Below are positions 1-18,349 of a stretch of 64,000 nucleotides of DNA, piece after piece (position 1 is the first letter of the stretch; every line of letters begins with the position of its first letter). This DNA comes from the human T2T-CHM13v2.0 reference genome, Homo sapiens. The notes under the pieces are model-generated. The model saw only the letters and a program-made list of their open reading frames with translations. It was not told the origin of the DNA and did no database searches. The position numbers were made by a program, and so were the translations under genes. The stretch is from assembly GCF_009914755.1 (NCBI RefSeq), contig NC_060940.1. One strand, written 5' to 3'.

Positions 1-487
1 TCTGAGATGATAGTTTCCTTCCCCATTCTCAGTACATCCCTAATTCATCCTTCATTGAGCATCTTTTATCATAAAGCTGTATTCTCTTTGTATTAATATC
101 TTTACCGTGTTTCACAGGGCAGAAACAGCTGGGCTTATAAACAGGCATAGTCCTTTTGAAGGATGTGGTTGATCCTACAACAACACACTTTCCTAAGGAT
201 GACAACAACTCACCCCACCCCTAGAATGGCTGGTATGAACCGAGTTTCCACACAGTCTAGCTGGCAATGGGGTCAGGAGCCGTTTTGCTACTTCACATCT
301 TTTGGTCACTGGTAAATATTAAGGTACTTTGTTTTCTGTTTTGTGAACTCTCTCTCTCTCTCACGATATGTCTTCTGACCATTTGTTTCTATTTCTGCAT
401 TTACTGGGTCTAAACATTGTACAAAGGTTAAAAACAACACTCCAATGGGCGTTTCCCAAGAGGGTGGGGTTCAGTTTCTGAACTCAC

Positions 488-595
488 ATGTAGGTGTGTA
501 TTTCTTTCATATCCAATTTCCCATTTTCCTCTGCCTCTGACACCTGCCTCTCCTTTTCTGCATGCTCACATTCTTTCACGCTTAGTTTCCTCAGA
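488..595 (-). pseudogene. NPIPA-type 108-nt exon [35 protein letters not shown] with dead acceptor (AA instead of AG)
   Basis: Open phase-2 frame matching the NPIPA peptide; donor AT|gtgagt intact; acceptor reads cccttctaa|T. Confidence 0.85.
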
Positions 596-2552
596 TTAGA
601 AGGGAGAGAAATGCACACACATGATCCACCAGCCCGTGTGGGATTCCCTCTGCCCTTCTGGCATCTGAAGGCTGTGATTCAAAGATCCCCCCTGCAACCT
701 TCCCACAAATGAACCAACTGATTCTCACAACCGAAGGGAGAATTGACACCTCCCATTGAGGGACAAAAAAAAGTCACACTCTGGCCTGCTGGCAAGTCAC
801 CTGTCATTTCCAGCTCATCTTCATAGTTCCATAGTTAGTCCTATTCTTTAGTAAATATAAAGACTATTAAAAGCTTCTATGAGGTGCACTATGTGTGTCT
901 CTGGGGTCAGTCTTGTGCTTGACACAGCGAAAGCTCATTTTAGTTCAGTGTGAAAAACCAGACCTCACCAATTCATCACAACTAACTCCATCGGAAGCAG
1001 AGGATTGCTCCTCATCTGACTCCTCCTGTGTGAGACCTGATTCTCAGTCAGAGGCTGATGCCGGAACTGAGACCATCAGCCATAGAGAGATCCTTCCAGA
1101 ATAACCCCGCAGTTCACTACTGCACTTTGCCATGATTCAGGACTGGAACTTTTGTCATCGACTTTAAAGATCCTGGTTGAGAGAAAAGGCAATCTGAATG
1201 CTGGGCGCATCTATTGAATTAGAAATGATCGGAATGGCTCCTAAGTCAGGGTGTTATGTCCTGAAAATAGGTGACAACGGCAAACCATCCACCCTGGTGT
1301 TGACTGACTTTAACAAGGTTCAGTTCACAGAGATTGAGGGCAGAAAAAGGAAACGGCCTAAAAAGGGTAAGTTTGCTGTGTTGCCCTCACACCACTTGAT
1401 TCATGGTCCTGATCCTAAGGATCTCACCTGATACTTGGTTTTATAGGAAGGATGTGTAAAATTCCCAGAACGCTAGGAAACAGGGGCGAAAACACTTCAA
1501 AGAGAAAGTTAATGAACTTGTTTCTGACCACAAGGCATCCTTCAGCACATGCTGTCTGGAGTGGCCTCAAACAAGGTGTGTGTGGTGAGGTGCTGAGAAT
1601 GCAATGGGAGCAGGGTCCTGTCCCCACGCTAAAGAAGCTCACAGCTTAATGCAAATGAGAAGCCAGTGAGGACATCACTACTCCTGCTGTGCACTTGGGA
1701 ACTAGAAACACAAAACCTGACTCTGGAGGGAAGCTAAGGAAGCATTCTACTCTTGAGTTGACATAAGTGCATCTGAAGCTTCTGATCTCCAATGAGAACA
1801 ATGGGGGACACCAAACAGAATATAAAACCCATGATTGAATACATCAAATTGCTAACATGGCAGTAAACAGACAAGAGGTGAAGATGGAGAAGAAGGAAAC
1901 CCAGGACGAAAGTCAGCTTCGCATTTGGAACCCATTTCCCTGAGTTTCATTGCTGAATTCCAGAAGGAACTACTGAGATGCAAAGAAGCACAGCAGCTTT
2001 TGCACACATGCGTGGGATTAGATGGAAAACAAGTGGATTGAGGGTCTGCCAATGAAAGCGACCCATACTGAAGTCCACTGGCTCTGGTTGAGACCCAGAA
2101 GAGTCATGCATCAGAATAGAGGTGGACAGGAAATACCCTGGCCTTTGTAGGGACTGAGCCTGCACCGACGACCTCAATTGCAGCCTGTATGGAGGACCCC
2201 TGACCATCCCCCAGAAGTAGACTCCCATCTCTTCTGCAGCAAGATAACATGCTACTAGGCCTCAATTCATTGCTAAATATTTTTTAACAAGTATCTCACA
2301 TTTAACAAAAAAAGATCAGTCATATGGCAGCAAAATACAATGTAATATGACCAAAACATGAAAGACTGTGAAAATGAATCTGGAGGTGACCCAAGCATTG
2401 AATTCAACAATCCAGGCTGGGTGCGGTGGCTCACACTGGGAGGCTGAGGTAGGCAGATCACCTGAGGTCAGGAGTTCAAGACTAGCCTGGCCAACATGGT
2501 GAACCCCTGTCTCTACTAAAAATGCAAAAATTGGGCTGGGAACGGTGGCTCA

Positions 2553-2888
<336 letters not shown>

Positions 2889-3557
2889 CTACTCAGGAAG
2901 CTGAGGCAGAATTGCTTCAAATTGGGAGGCAGAGGTTGCAGTGAGCCAAGATTGCACCATAGCACTCCAGCCTGGGCGACAGAGCGAGACTCTATCTCAA
3001 AATTAAAAAAAAAAAAAAAGGCTGGCTGTGGTGGCTCATGCCTCTAATCCCAGCACTTTGGGAGGCTGAGGCAGGTGGATTACCTGAGGTCAGAAGTTCG
3101 AGACCAGCCTGGACAACATGGTGAAACCCCATCTCTAGTAAAAATACAAAAATTAGCTGGGCGTGGTGGTGGGCACCTGTAATCCCAGCTACGTGGGAGG
3201 CTGAGGCAGGAGAATTGCTTGAACCCAAAAGGCAGTGAGCTGACATTGTGCCATTGCATTACAGCCTGGGCAACAAGAGCAAAGCTCCATCTCAGGAAAA
3301 AAAAAAAAAGAGACAGAGAAAGGAAAACCAATGCCAGTACTAGCAACTCCTCTTCCCCTGAAAAAATGACAAACAAGAATGTAGGAAGGGAAAGGAATTA
3401 TACAGCTTAAACTAATGAAGCAGAAAGGACAAACTCAATTTTGAACCCACTGAATTTGCCACAAATATTGTAGAAAATATTCTCAAGGACTTTACAGTTG
3501 TCTACTTTGATTGGCACATGGTTCATACAACAATATTTGTGTCAAGGCACATCTTAC

Positions 3558-3700
3558 TGTTTTTTGGCGGTCTTCCTCTTTCCATTGATTTTGTCATGAT
3601 GGTTGATTTTCGTTGTCACCTTCATCTTACGGATTTTAGCTCTACCTTTTGTTTCCACGTCTCCGTAGAGTAATGACGTCTTTCAGGCCAATTTTATTTC
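3558..3700 (-). CDS. NPIPB2: NPIP exon (G)[13 protein letters not shown]... with 2-nt frameshift; premature TAG at 3644-3642. Alternative in-frame acceptor at 3751 adds [17 protein letters not shown]
   Basis: tttccag|GA acceptor, AAACA|gtaaga donor, 143 nt. The family peptide [32 protein letters not shown] continues in a different frame after CGG AGA C. Confidence 0.88.
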
Positions 3701-3863
3701 CTGGAAAGGAAGAAACTCTTTTCTTTGTGTGCATACAAATGGACCTCAGCCCTTGGTGAGAGTGAGGAGAGGAGAAGGTGAGAAACCTGAGGGCAAGAAG
3801 CTGTTCTTTCCCTTTCCAGGGCAAACTCATTTCCACACTATGGGGACTCCAACAGAGCCATAC

Positions 3864-3963
3864 CTTCCTGTCTACGGCGGTTGGACCTCCTGGCTCTCTG
3901 CTGTACATCTGTGGATACATCATGTCCATTTTCAGACTGGAAGATAGTCTTCAGGAAAGACAA
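3864..3963 (-). CDS. NPIPB2: NPIP exon [33 protein letters not shown](G)
   Basis: 100 nt, ttcctag|TTG acceptor, GAAG|gtatgg donor; matches the NPIP [13 protein letters not shown] motif. Confidence 0.93.
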
Positions 3964-4264
3964 CTAGGAAATAATAATATAAGAATGACGGCTGGGCACG
4001 GTGGTTCATGCGTATAATCCCAGTACTTTGGGAGGCCGAGGCAGGTGGATCACGGGGTCAGGAGTTCAAGACCAGCCTGGCCAAGATGGTGAAACCCCGT
4101 CTCTACTAAAAATACAAAAATTAGCCGGGCATGGCAGCGGGCGCCTGTAATCCGAGCTACTCGGGAGGCTGAGGCAGAGAACCGTTTGAAGCTGGGAGGC
4201 GGAGGTTGCAGTGAGCCGAGATCACACCACTGCACTCCAGCCTGAGAGACAGAATGAGACTCTG

Positions 4265-4265
<1 letters not shown>

Positions 4266-4307
<42 letters not shown>
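4266..4307. repeat. (CA)n microsatellite replacing an Alu tail
   Basis: About 21 CA units directly after the Alu 3' end. Confidence 0.95.
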
Positions 4308-4309
<2 letters not shown>

Positions 4310-4495
4310 AGAATGACATGAGGCTGGCACGGTGGCTCACTCCTGTAATCCCAGCACTTTGGGAGGCCGAGGCAGGCGGATCACCTGAGGTCGGGAGTTT
4401 GAGACCAGCCTCACCAACATGGAGAAACGCTGTCTCTGCTAAAAATACAAAATTAGCCAGGCATGGTGGTGCATGCCTGTAATCCCAGCTAGTCA

Positions 4496-4600
<105 letters not shown>

Positions 4601-4645
4601 TCAAAAAAAAAAAAAAAAAAAAAATAGGCCAGGTGCGGTAGCTTA

Positions 4646-4989
<344 letters not shown>

Positions 4990-6090
4990 TTATAAGTATT
5001 TTACCACAGGTTAACATGTTTCACAACTTGAAAAGGAAGTAATTACCTTCAGCTCTCTGAGTTCTAGAATTTGTAACATTTCACCCCCTGCTCCTTCCTG
5101 ATCTGCACTGGAGCATCTTCCTTCTGTCCCTGCTCTACTCAGAGTTCACTTTCCCTTCCCTCACATCAGCTTCATTGAGGCTGGTTTGAACTTAACGCAA
5201 AACATTCTCACTAATGACTGAATTCCCACCAAGATTTCCATATTATCACAGTATGCTTTTAATCTTCTAAGATATTAAATATTTGTTCTCATCATAGCTA
5301 AAATGCAATGCAAATCCCATCTCAGATGTGGGTCAGATACCTATGAATCTCCTGAGGTAGTCATTGAAATGACTTTTTTCTTGAGACGGAGTGTCACTCT
5401 CAACCATGCTGAAGTGCAGTGGCGCTACCTTGGCTCACGGCAACCTCCACCTCCCAGATTCAAGCGATTCTTGTGCCTCAGCCTCCCAAGTAGCTGGGAT
5501 TACAGGTGTCTGCTACCATGCCTGGCTAATTTTTGTCTTTTTAGTAGAGATGGGGTTTTACCATGTTGGCCCATCTGGTCTTGAACTCCTGACCTCAGAT
5601 GATCCATCTGCTTCAGCCTCCCAAAGTGCTGGGATTACAGGCATGAGCCACCACATCTGGCCTGAAATAATATCTTTCAAATTCTTTGTAGAATTTGTTT
5701 TTTCCTGATTTCTGCACATAGGATAAAAAAAAATCATGTACTAGGATTTCGAGAGAAGCAATGGGTAATCTAAAAAGATGAAAAGAGCAACCACGTCAAT
5801 CCCACAGCTACTGCTAGATTTCATAGGAAAGGTAGCTGGCCCAGTTTGGAGCTAGGGGAAATGTCAAACACATGAAGAAATGAGAAGCCAAGAAATGCCA
5901 TCACGCATGAATGCTTCATGGCACCCATGATGTCCCTGCTTAGGAGGTAATGGTATAGATGACTAGATGACAAGGACAAAGATGAGAGGTGCGAAGTTGT
6001 CCAAGTCCAACAGCTCAACTGAACTTTCCTAAGTGGAATTGTTAAAAAGTGGTAAATTTAAAAACTTCCCCTGGCTCACGTGGTGGCTCA

Positions 6091-6414
<324 letters not shown>

Positions 6415-6799
6415 TCAGGACTAAGTGGCATAGAGAATGTTAAATGTGCCTAGATATCTTCATAACTCATATATTTTCTGTTTTCTACATATCTTGAAAG
6501 GCAGTGCCAAATGACGTGTAATTATCTAGGTGGTAAAACTGAAACATACTTCCTCTTCCCTTGAATATCAAAAAGCATTGTGGTATTAGTACTTTTATCT
6601 TGGATCATTGTTCAGAAGGAGGTTCAGCCCCCAGACAACCACATTTTTACTGTCATGAATGGCAAGACAAAATGTAGAGCTCAACTTACCCAAAGGAAAA
6701 AAGGCTCAAAAGACAAATTATGGCACAACTTAGCAGCCAAATTCTTACCAAGTACAGACTTTTGACATACTGATCTCTCTCCAGTTGCAAGTGGGAACA

Positions 6800-7257
6800 T
6801 GCACTTTGAATGATGTCATTCAAAATTACCCTGCCCAGACACACTTTTCATTGATTCTCTTGGAGGGCAGTTCTAAGAGATTCTCTGGGGCTTTCTCTGC
6901 ATCATGAGACGCAGTGCAGTTGTGCCCTTCACCTTCTGGCAGTTTGTCACCTCGTCCCTATGACCTCAGAGGAACTTTGTCTCAGGCCAATTGTTTGTTC
7001 CTTGGGCTCTTTCATTTCCCCTAAAAATCATTTGCTGCCCCTCTAAATGGCCTACATCTCCATCTATCTCCCTCTCCCCTCAGAAGAGGGTGCTCTTTAA
7101 GCATCAACCATCCAGCCCTTCTAGCAGTCTCATTTTTCAGCTGGTTCCCATGTTTATGCCTGTTCTATGTTTTTCTTTTCCTGTTAAGCTGTCTTTTCAG
7201 CTCATTTCTGCAGTGAATCTTCAGAGACGAGACTGGAAGCTTTCCTTCCACCCATAC
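6800..7257 (+). mobile_element. Degenerate ERV1 LTR fragment (MER34/MER39/MER93-like)
   Basis: 3' end gcagtgaatcttcagag...ctttccttccacccatac resembles that LTR group; subfamily uncertain. Confidence 0.5.
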
Positions 7258-7588
7258 GATAGAACTATAAAGCAGAAGAGTTTAGAAAGAATTTCCTATT
7301 TAAGTGACGAAACCTCATACTCCATTTGTGACAAATAGCACAAAGGTTAAAAAAACTTATTTTTGACCAAAAGCTCTGTTGACATTCTATTAAACAAACA
7401 CTGACCTATTTAATTTTCATAATGTAAATGGCAGATATTTTCATAATTCTTATGCTAATAAATCATTTCCCTGATTTTTTGGGTAAAACCACATATTCAT
7501 AATGAAGTCCAGAAATGTGAATTGTTTTATATAATTTATTCTTATTTGTGATTACAAGTATACCTCTACAGAAAGTTAGTATACTCAC

Positions 7589-7717
7589 CCAAAGGTAAAC
7601 TGTCCAGAGGGTAAGGACAACTTTATAACTTCTCGGAAACGCAATAATGATACGTAACCAAGGACTTCCACCAAAGTCAGTCCCACGATGATGATGGTCA
7701 GCCAGAGTATTGATAAC
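7589..7717 (-). CDS. NPIPB2: NPIP exon [43 protein letters not shown]
   Basis: 129 nt, ttccag|GTT acceptor, TGG|gtgagt donor; hallmark NPIP peptide (inside ORF 7463..7765). Confidence 0.93.
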
Positions 7718-7955
7718 CTGGAATAATAATAGTTGAAATAATGAAAAGGTCAATGACACTGACAATATTTCACTCAGAAAGAATCATCCTTAGAAACCGT
7801 CAACCTCCTCCAAAAGGTAACCACATCCCTCAGATATCACCGTGGGATTCCACTGTTACAAAAAAGAACAGAAGTTAGAAGTCACATGTTTTTCAGATGG
7901 CTGGTAGTGTTTTTAGGCATTGCAAATGTGGGGTGTTGTCTTTCTTGGTATAAAG

Positions 7956-8781
<826 letters not shown>

Positions 8782-8789
8782 AAGTATAA

Positions 8790-8924
<135 letters not shown>

Positions 8925-9419
8925 TAACTGGGATTACAGGCGCCTGCCACCACGCTCGGCTAATTTTTGTATTTTTAGTAGAAACAGGGTTTCACCATCT
9001 TGGCCAGGCTGGTCTCCAACTCCTGACCTCGTGATCCACCTGCCTTGGCCTCCCAAAGTGCTGGGAATACAGGTGTGAGCCACTGCACCTGGCCAGTAGT
9101 TATCTTTTCTTTAAAGTTATTTACTTGTTTTTTAAATTGATGTATAACATTGGATGCATTTATTATATATCATATGGTAAAAGAATCCCTCTAAATAATA
9201 CTTCTCTCTTGGATTATATGAATCTTTGTCATTTAAATCTCAGCATAAGTAAAAAAAAAAAATACAATGAAGAGATTACTTCATTCACAAATAAGTATCA
9301 AATTTTAGTGCGTAAAAATTAACAAGGTGGGCCGGGCGTGGTGGCTCACGCCTGCAATCCCAGCACTTTGGGAAGCCAAGGTGGGTGGACCACGAGATCA
9401 GGAGATTGAGACCATCCTA

Positions 9420-9791
<372 letters not shown>

Positions 9792-10238
9792 TTAACTATA
9801 TATTCTTGAAAACATCTCAATTTTAAATGTTTCTTTCAAGATGGTGAATTAAACAGAGATAGCCCTTCAACAGGTTGAACTCAGCATATGCTGAGTCTGA
9901 AATGGAAATGATGGAGTTAGAGAACCATACAACAATGGTAATGATTTCAGAAACATGGTGTTGAGCAGAACAAAGCAGACACAAAAGAGTACCTATGGCA
10001 TGGCATGCATCTGTATACGCGAAATTCCAGAATAAGCAAGCTAACCTATGATAAGAAAGAGACTGGCTGGGAAGAGTGAGAGTTCACTTTCTGGGGTGAC
10101 ATAATAGTGTAGATCTTGGCTGGGCACGGTGGTTCACGCCTGTAATCCCAACACTTTGGGAGGCCGAGGCGGGCGGATCACCTGAGGTCGGGAGTTCAAA
10201 ACCAGCCTGACCAACATGGAGAAACCTTATCTCTACTA

Positions 10239-10448
<210 letters not shown>

Positions 10449-10936
10449 TTATGCTGGTGTATGTACTTTCCAAAGTTAGTAAACTTACACTTAAGGTTAT
10501 ATATTTTGGCCAGGCGCGGTGGCTCACGCCTGTAATCCCAGCACTGGGAGGCTGAGGCAGGCGGATCACGAGGTCAAGAGATGGAGACTATCCTGGCGAA
10601 CATGGTGAAACCCCGTCTCTACTAAAAATACAAAAATTAGCCAGGCGTGGTGGTCTACTAAAAATACAAAAATTAGCCAGGCGTGGTGGTCTACTAAAAA
10701 TACAAAAATTAGCCAGGCGTTGTAATCTGAGCTATTCAGGAGGCTGAGGCAGGACAATTGCTTGAACCCCGGAAGCGGAGGTTGCAGTGAGCCGAGATCT
10801 TGCCACTGCACTCCAGCCTGGGCGACAGAGTGAGACTCTGTCTAAAAAAAAAAAAAAAAAAAAAAAAAAAGTCATCAAACCAGATGACACAAATCAAATG
10901 ACATTTCACTTTGTTTTGGTCCATTTTGTTTGTTAG

Positions 10937-11098
<162 letters not shown>

Positions 11099-11254
11099 TG
11101 ATGCCCTGGCTAGTCTTCAACTCCTGGACTCAAGTGATCTGCCCACCTCGGCCCCCTAAAGTGCTGGGATTACAGGCCTGAGCTGTGTAATTTCATGCCG
11201 CGTGACACAGCCCAGTAAAAAGGAAGAAACCCCGCGGGTCCAGCGTCTACTCAC

Positions 11255-11329
11255 ACAGGTGGACTGATGGCTGATAAATTCCAGCAGGAGCCAAAAGAGG
11301 AGCCAAAAGAGCATCCACAGCACCCGCAT
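11255..11329 (-). CDS. NPIPB2: NPIP first coding exon, signal-peptide-like MRVLWMLFWLLFWLLLEFISHQSTC
   Basis: ATG at 11329-11327, 75 nt, donor TGT|gtgagt, phase 0, in frame with the VINTLAD exon. Resembles the MRLRFWLLIWLLLGFISHQ N-terminus I recall for some NPIPB paralogs. Confidence 0.8.
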
Positions 11330-11379
11330 GTCCTGGTCCTTTCAGGGCGCCCTGAGGCGGCCAGGACAGAGGTGGAGGT

Positions 11380-11560
11380 GGCTTAGGGCAGGGGGAGGGA
11401 AGGGGACAGGGACCGGGCCGGATCTGAGTTGGGGAGGGGGAGGGGAGGGGGAGGGGAAGGGGAGGGGAAGGGGGGAAGTAAGGGAAGGGAAAGGAGGAGA
11501 AGGGGGCTGTTGGGCACCTGGAGGAGGTGGAGGAGGAGGAGGAGAAGAAGAAAGGGGTCT
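11380..11560. repeat. Polypurine (GGGGA/GGA) tract upstream of the NPIP ATG; polypyrimidine on the NPIP sense strand
   Basis: ggggagggggaggggagggggaggggaaggggagggg... and ggaggaggaggagaagaagaaagggg. Confidence 0.9.
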
Positions 11561-12199
11561 GGGAAAGGATCCGGTTCAAATTAAGTTCTCAAGCGCTGGT
11601 GGAAGGTTTAGCTACAGGTCACGGAGAAGATCAGGGAAGCAACAGGACACGCGGGGCAAGGGAGCGTGAGGCTTAGGGGCAATTAGAGGGAGACAAAGGT
11701 TCTGCTATCCACGAAACCTTCTTCGGTCTGGGCCCTCCCTTACCAACCCTGGGGCTTTATACTCCCTCTCCACCAATCCCTGATGACCCCGGTGGTGCCT
11801 CACAATGGACGTGCCTCACAATGGACATGCCAAGTAGCGCCCGCATCATTCCAATGACCCCTCCCCCATCTCAGTCTCCCACTCTCCTCCCAAGGACAGG
11901 TCCTCTCTGGAACCTTCACAAACCTGATTTCTGGTCCTCCCCAACCAGCTCCCTGTCCCTGCTTCTGGGCGCTCCTTCCTTCCTGAGCTCCCAGGGTTCC
12001 TCAAGGTCACTTTTGGCGACAAAACATAAAAAACAAATGATGGCAGGATGGCAGGAAGAACCTCATACCCAAGCAGAGTGCCAGGTTTTACAGCCTCCGC
12101 TCAGCCATTCATATCCTAAGCAACAAAACATCAGCAGGATGCGGAAGGTCCCGATAGTAAACCATCTCCATCACATCCATGTAGCCATCTGTCCATCAA

Positions 12200-12420
12200 C
12201 CTGTATCTCAGGAACAAATGTACGTACATTCATTTTAAGCATGCATGGTACATTTACAAAAATTAACCTGACTTATTTTGTTCCAGCAAATCTCAATATA
12301 TTTGAGAGCAATCAAATCACACAGCATGTTTCTGATCATATAACTGTGCTAGAAGTCAATGATTAAAAGCTAATTCAAAATTATTATTTGCTTGGAAATT
12401 CAAAGTGCCCTTATAAGACA
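12200..12420 (+). mobile_element. Old L1 ORF2 endonuclease-region fragment
   Basis: tacattcattttaagcatgcatggtacatttacaaaaattaacc..., translating TFILSMHGTFTKIN, like L1 ORF2 YTFFSxxHGTFSKID. Confidence 0.65.
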
Positions 12421-13127
12421 TAAACATAAGAAAGAATCCAAAATGAAACAAGATTGCCTTTCAACTCAATGATGAGATCATAACATGGCAATAAAATGTC
12501 TCCCTCTGGCCTGGGAATTCCTCTTTGTGGCACAAGGTTGCGTGATCTCAAATCACCCCTAACCCACCTAGACATTTTAACATCCGAAACCGAGTGATGA
12601 TGTCCTTATCTATATCATCTTACTGCCCGTGTGTGTGGACTTTAAATTCTGAACCCAAATGAGGGGGAGAAAACCAAGTTGACCTTCATGAATGGCCTCT
12701 CAGGGACGTCCAAGGAATCTGTGCATTTCAAGAAACAAAGTTCATCAGCTTCTCTCCTAAGGTATTTGCCCACAATACCCAGAGGGCTTGGCAGCATCAT
12801 GTGTGATGGGTGGGGAGCTCCAAGCAGGTGGGCAGGACCCAGGGGCCTGGTGACCAGGACAGACCCCCACTGTCCATCACCTTTCCTGGCCCTGTCCTCA
12901 GCTAAACTTCCCACAGGCCTTCTGCCCGATCACACAGAGTGTGCCCAAACTCACTCAGGCCTCTGGCAGCTGAAAACCACTGCTTTAAATCCCTTTACCA
13001 TTTACTATGACATAAGGTTATTGTAAACAGGAAATATTCTATTGATGCTACAAATGGAAAGCCAATGCCTTTACCATAAATAGAAAAACAACCCTAAGAA
13101 ACAAGCAAAACAAAAACAAAACAGGGG

Positions 13128-17750
<4,623 letters not shown>

Positions 17751-18239
17751 TACATATTTTAAAGAGTGATCTTCATCAGAAATTCTAGATGAAAAAAATA
17801 AAAGTAAATATAATTTTTTAAAAAAAGAATAAGGAAATGTTTTCCCAAATGCCTCTGACAAATTACCCCTTGTGATTTATTGGCCCAAGGTGTGGCATGG
17901 GGACTGGCTTGCACTGACCGGCTTCGTCCTGGGTTCTGGAAGGGAGCAGCTGGTCATGGAAGCTGGGGCTAGCATCAGTGCCCGTGAAGCATGTGGGCTG
18001 TGGGTAGGGACCGTTACCTAATCAAAAAATCAGGGGATTGCAAGAAGGTGAAAGCGGATACTAGGTGGACAACTACTAAGGTGTCAATTACACCCAAGAC
18101 TGGCCACTAGATAGAGACCCCTCCCCCTGCATTCTCCAGCCCGTTATCCACATCCTGTCTCCTACTTCTCTGCCCACTATGGCAAAGGGAGGCAGAGTGG
18201 GGGTGGGAAGAGTCACTGCCTAAAACATGGCTTTCCTGC

Positions 18240-18349
18240 AGGGTGACCAGCTGTCCTGGGACTGAGTGGTTTCCTGGGCCATGGGACTGAAGGTGCCAAA
18301 ACGGGGGAAGTTCCAGGTGAACTGGGAAGGGTTGGTGACCTGGTCACCT
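18240..18349. mobile_element. MER94-like hAT MITE
   Basis: Terminal inverted repeats agggtgaccag ... ctggtcacct, ~110 bp, internal cctgggact. Confidence 0.65.

Noticed and set aside
895-1431. Plus-strand ORFs, one Ser/Asp-rich and one with an NLS-like RKRKRPKK
   Set aside because: Antisense to the NPIP intron; splice signals here point to the minus strand.
1649-1656. Octamer ATGCAAAT sites (also ~5308 and ~52212) as BCMA regulators
   Set aside because: Isolated 8-mers at roughly chance frequency and far from the promoter.
1922-1972. Further possible fossil exons (acceptor at 1972; another near 1290-1335)
   Set aside because: No canonical donor or acceptor pair, so not counted in the array.
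10618-10720. Repeats of CRISPR-like length (36 bp here, 29 bp at 49923)
   Set aside because: Contiguous Alu-internal tandem duplications without spacers, in human DNA.
11821-12366. 181-aa plus-strand ORF
   Set aside because: Low-complexity start running into an L1 fragment; no recognisable domain or splice support.
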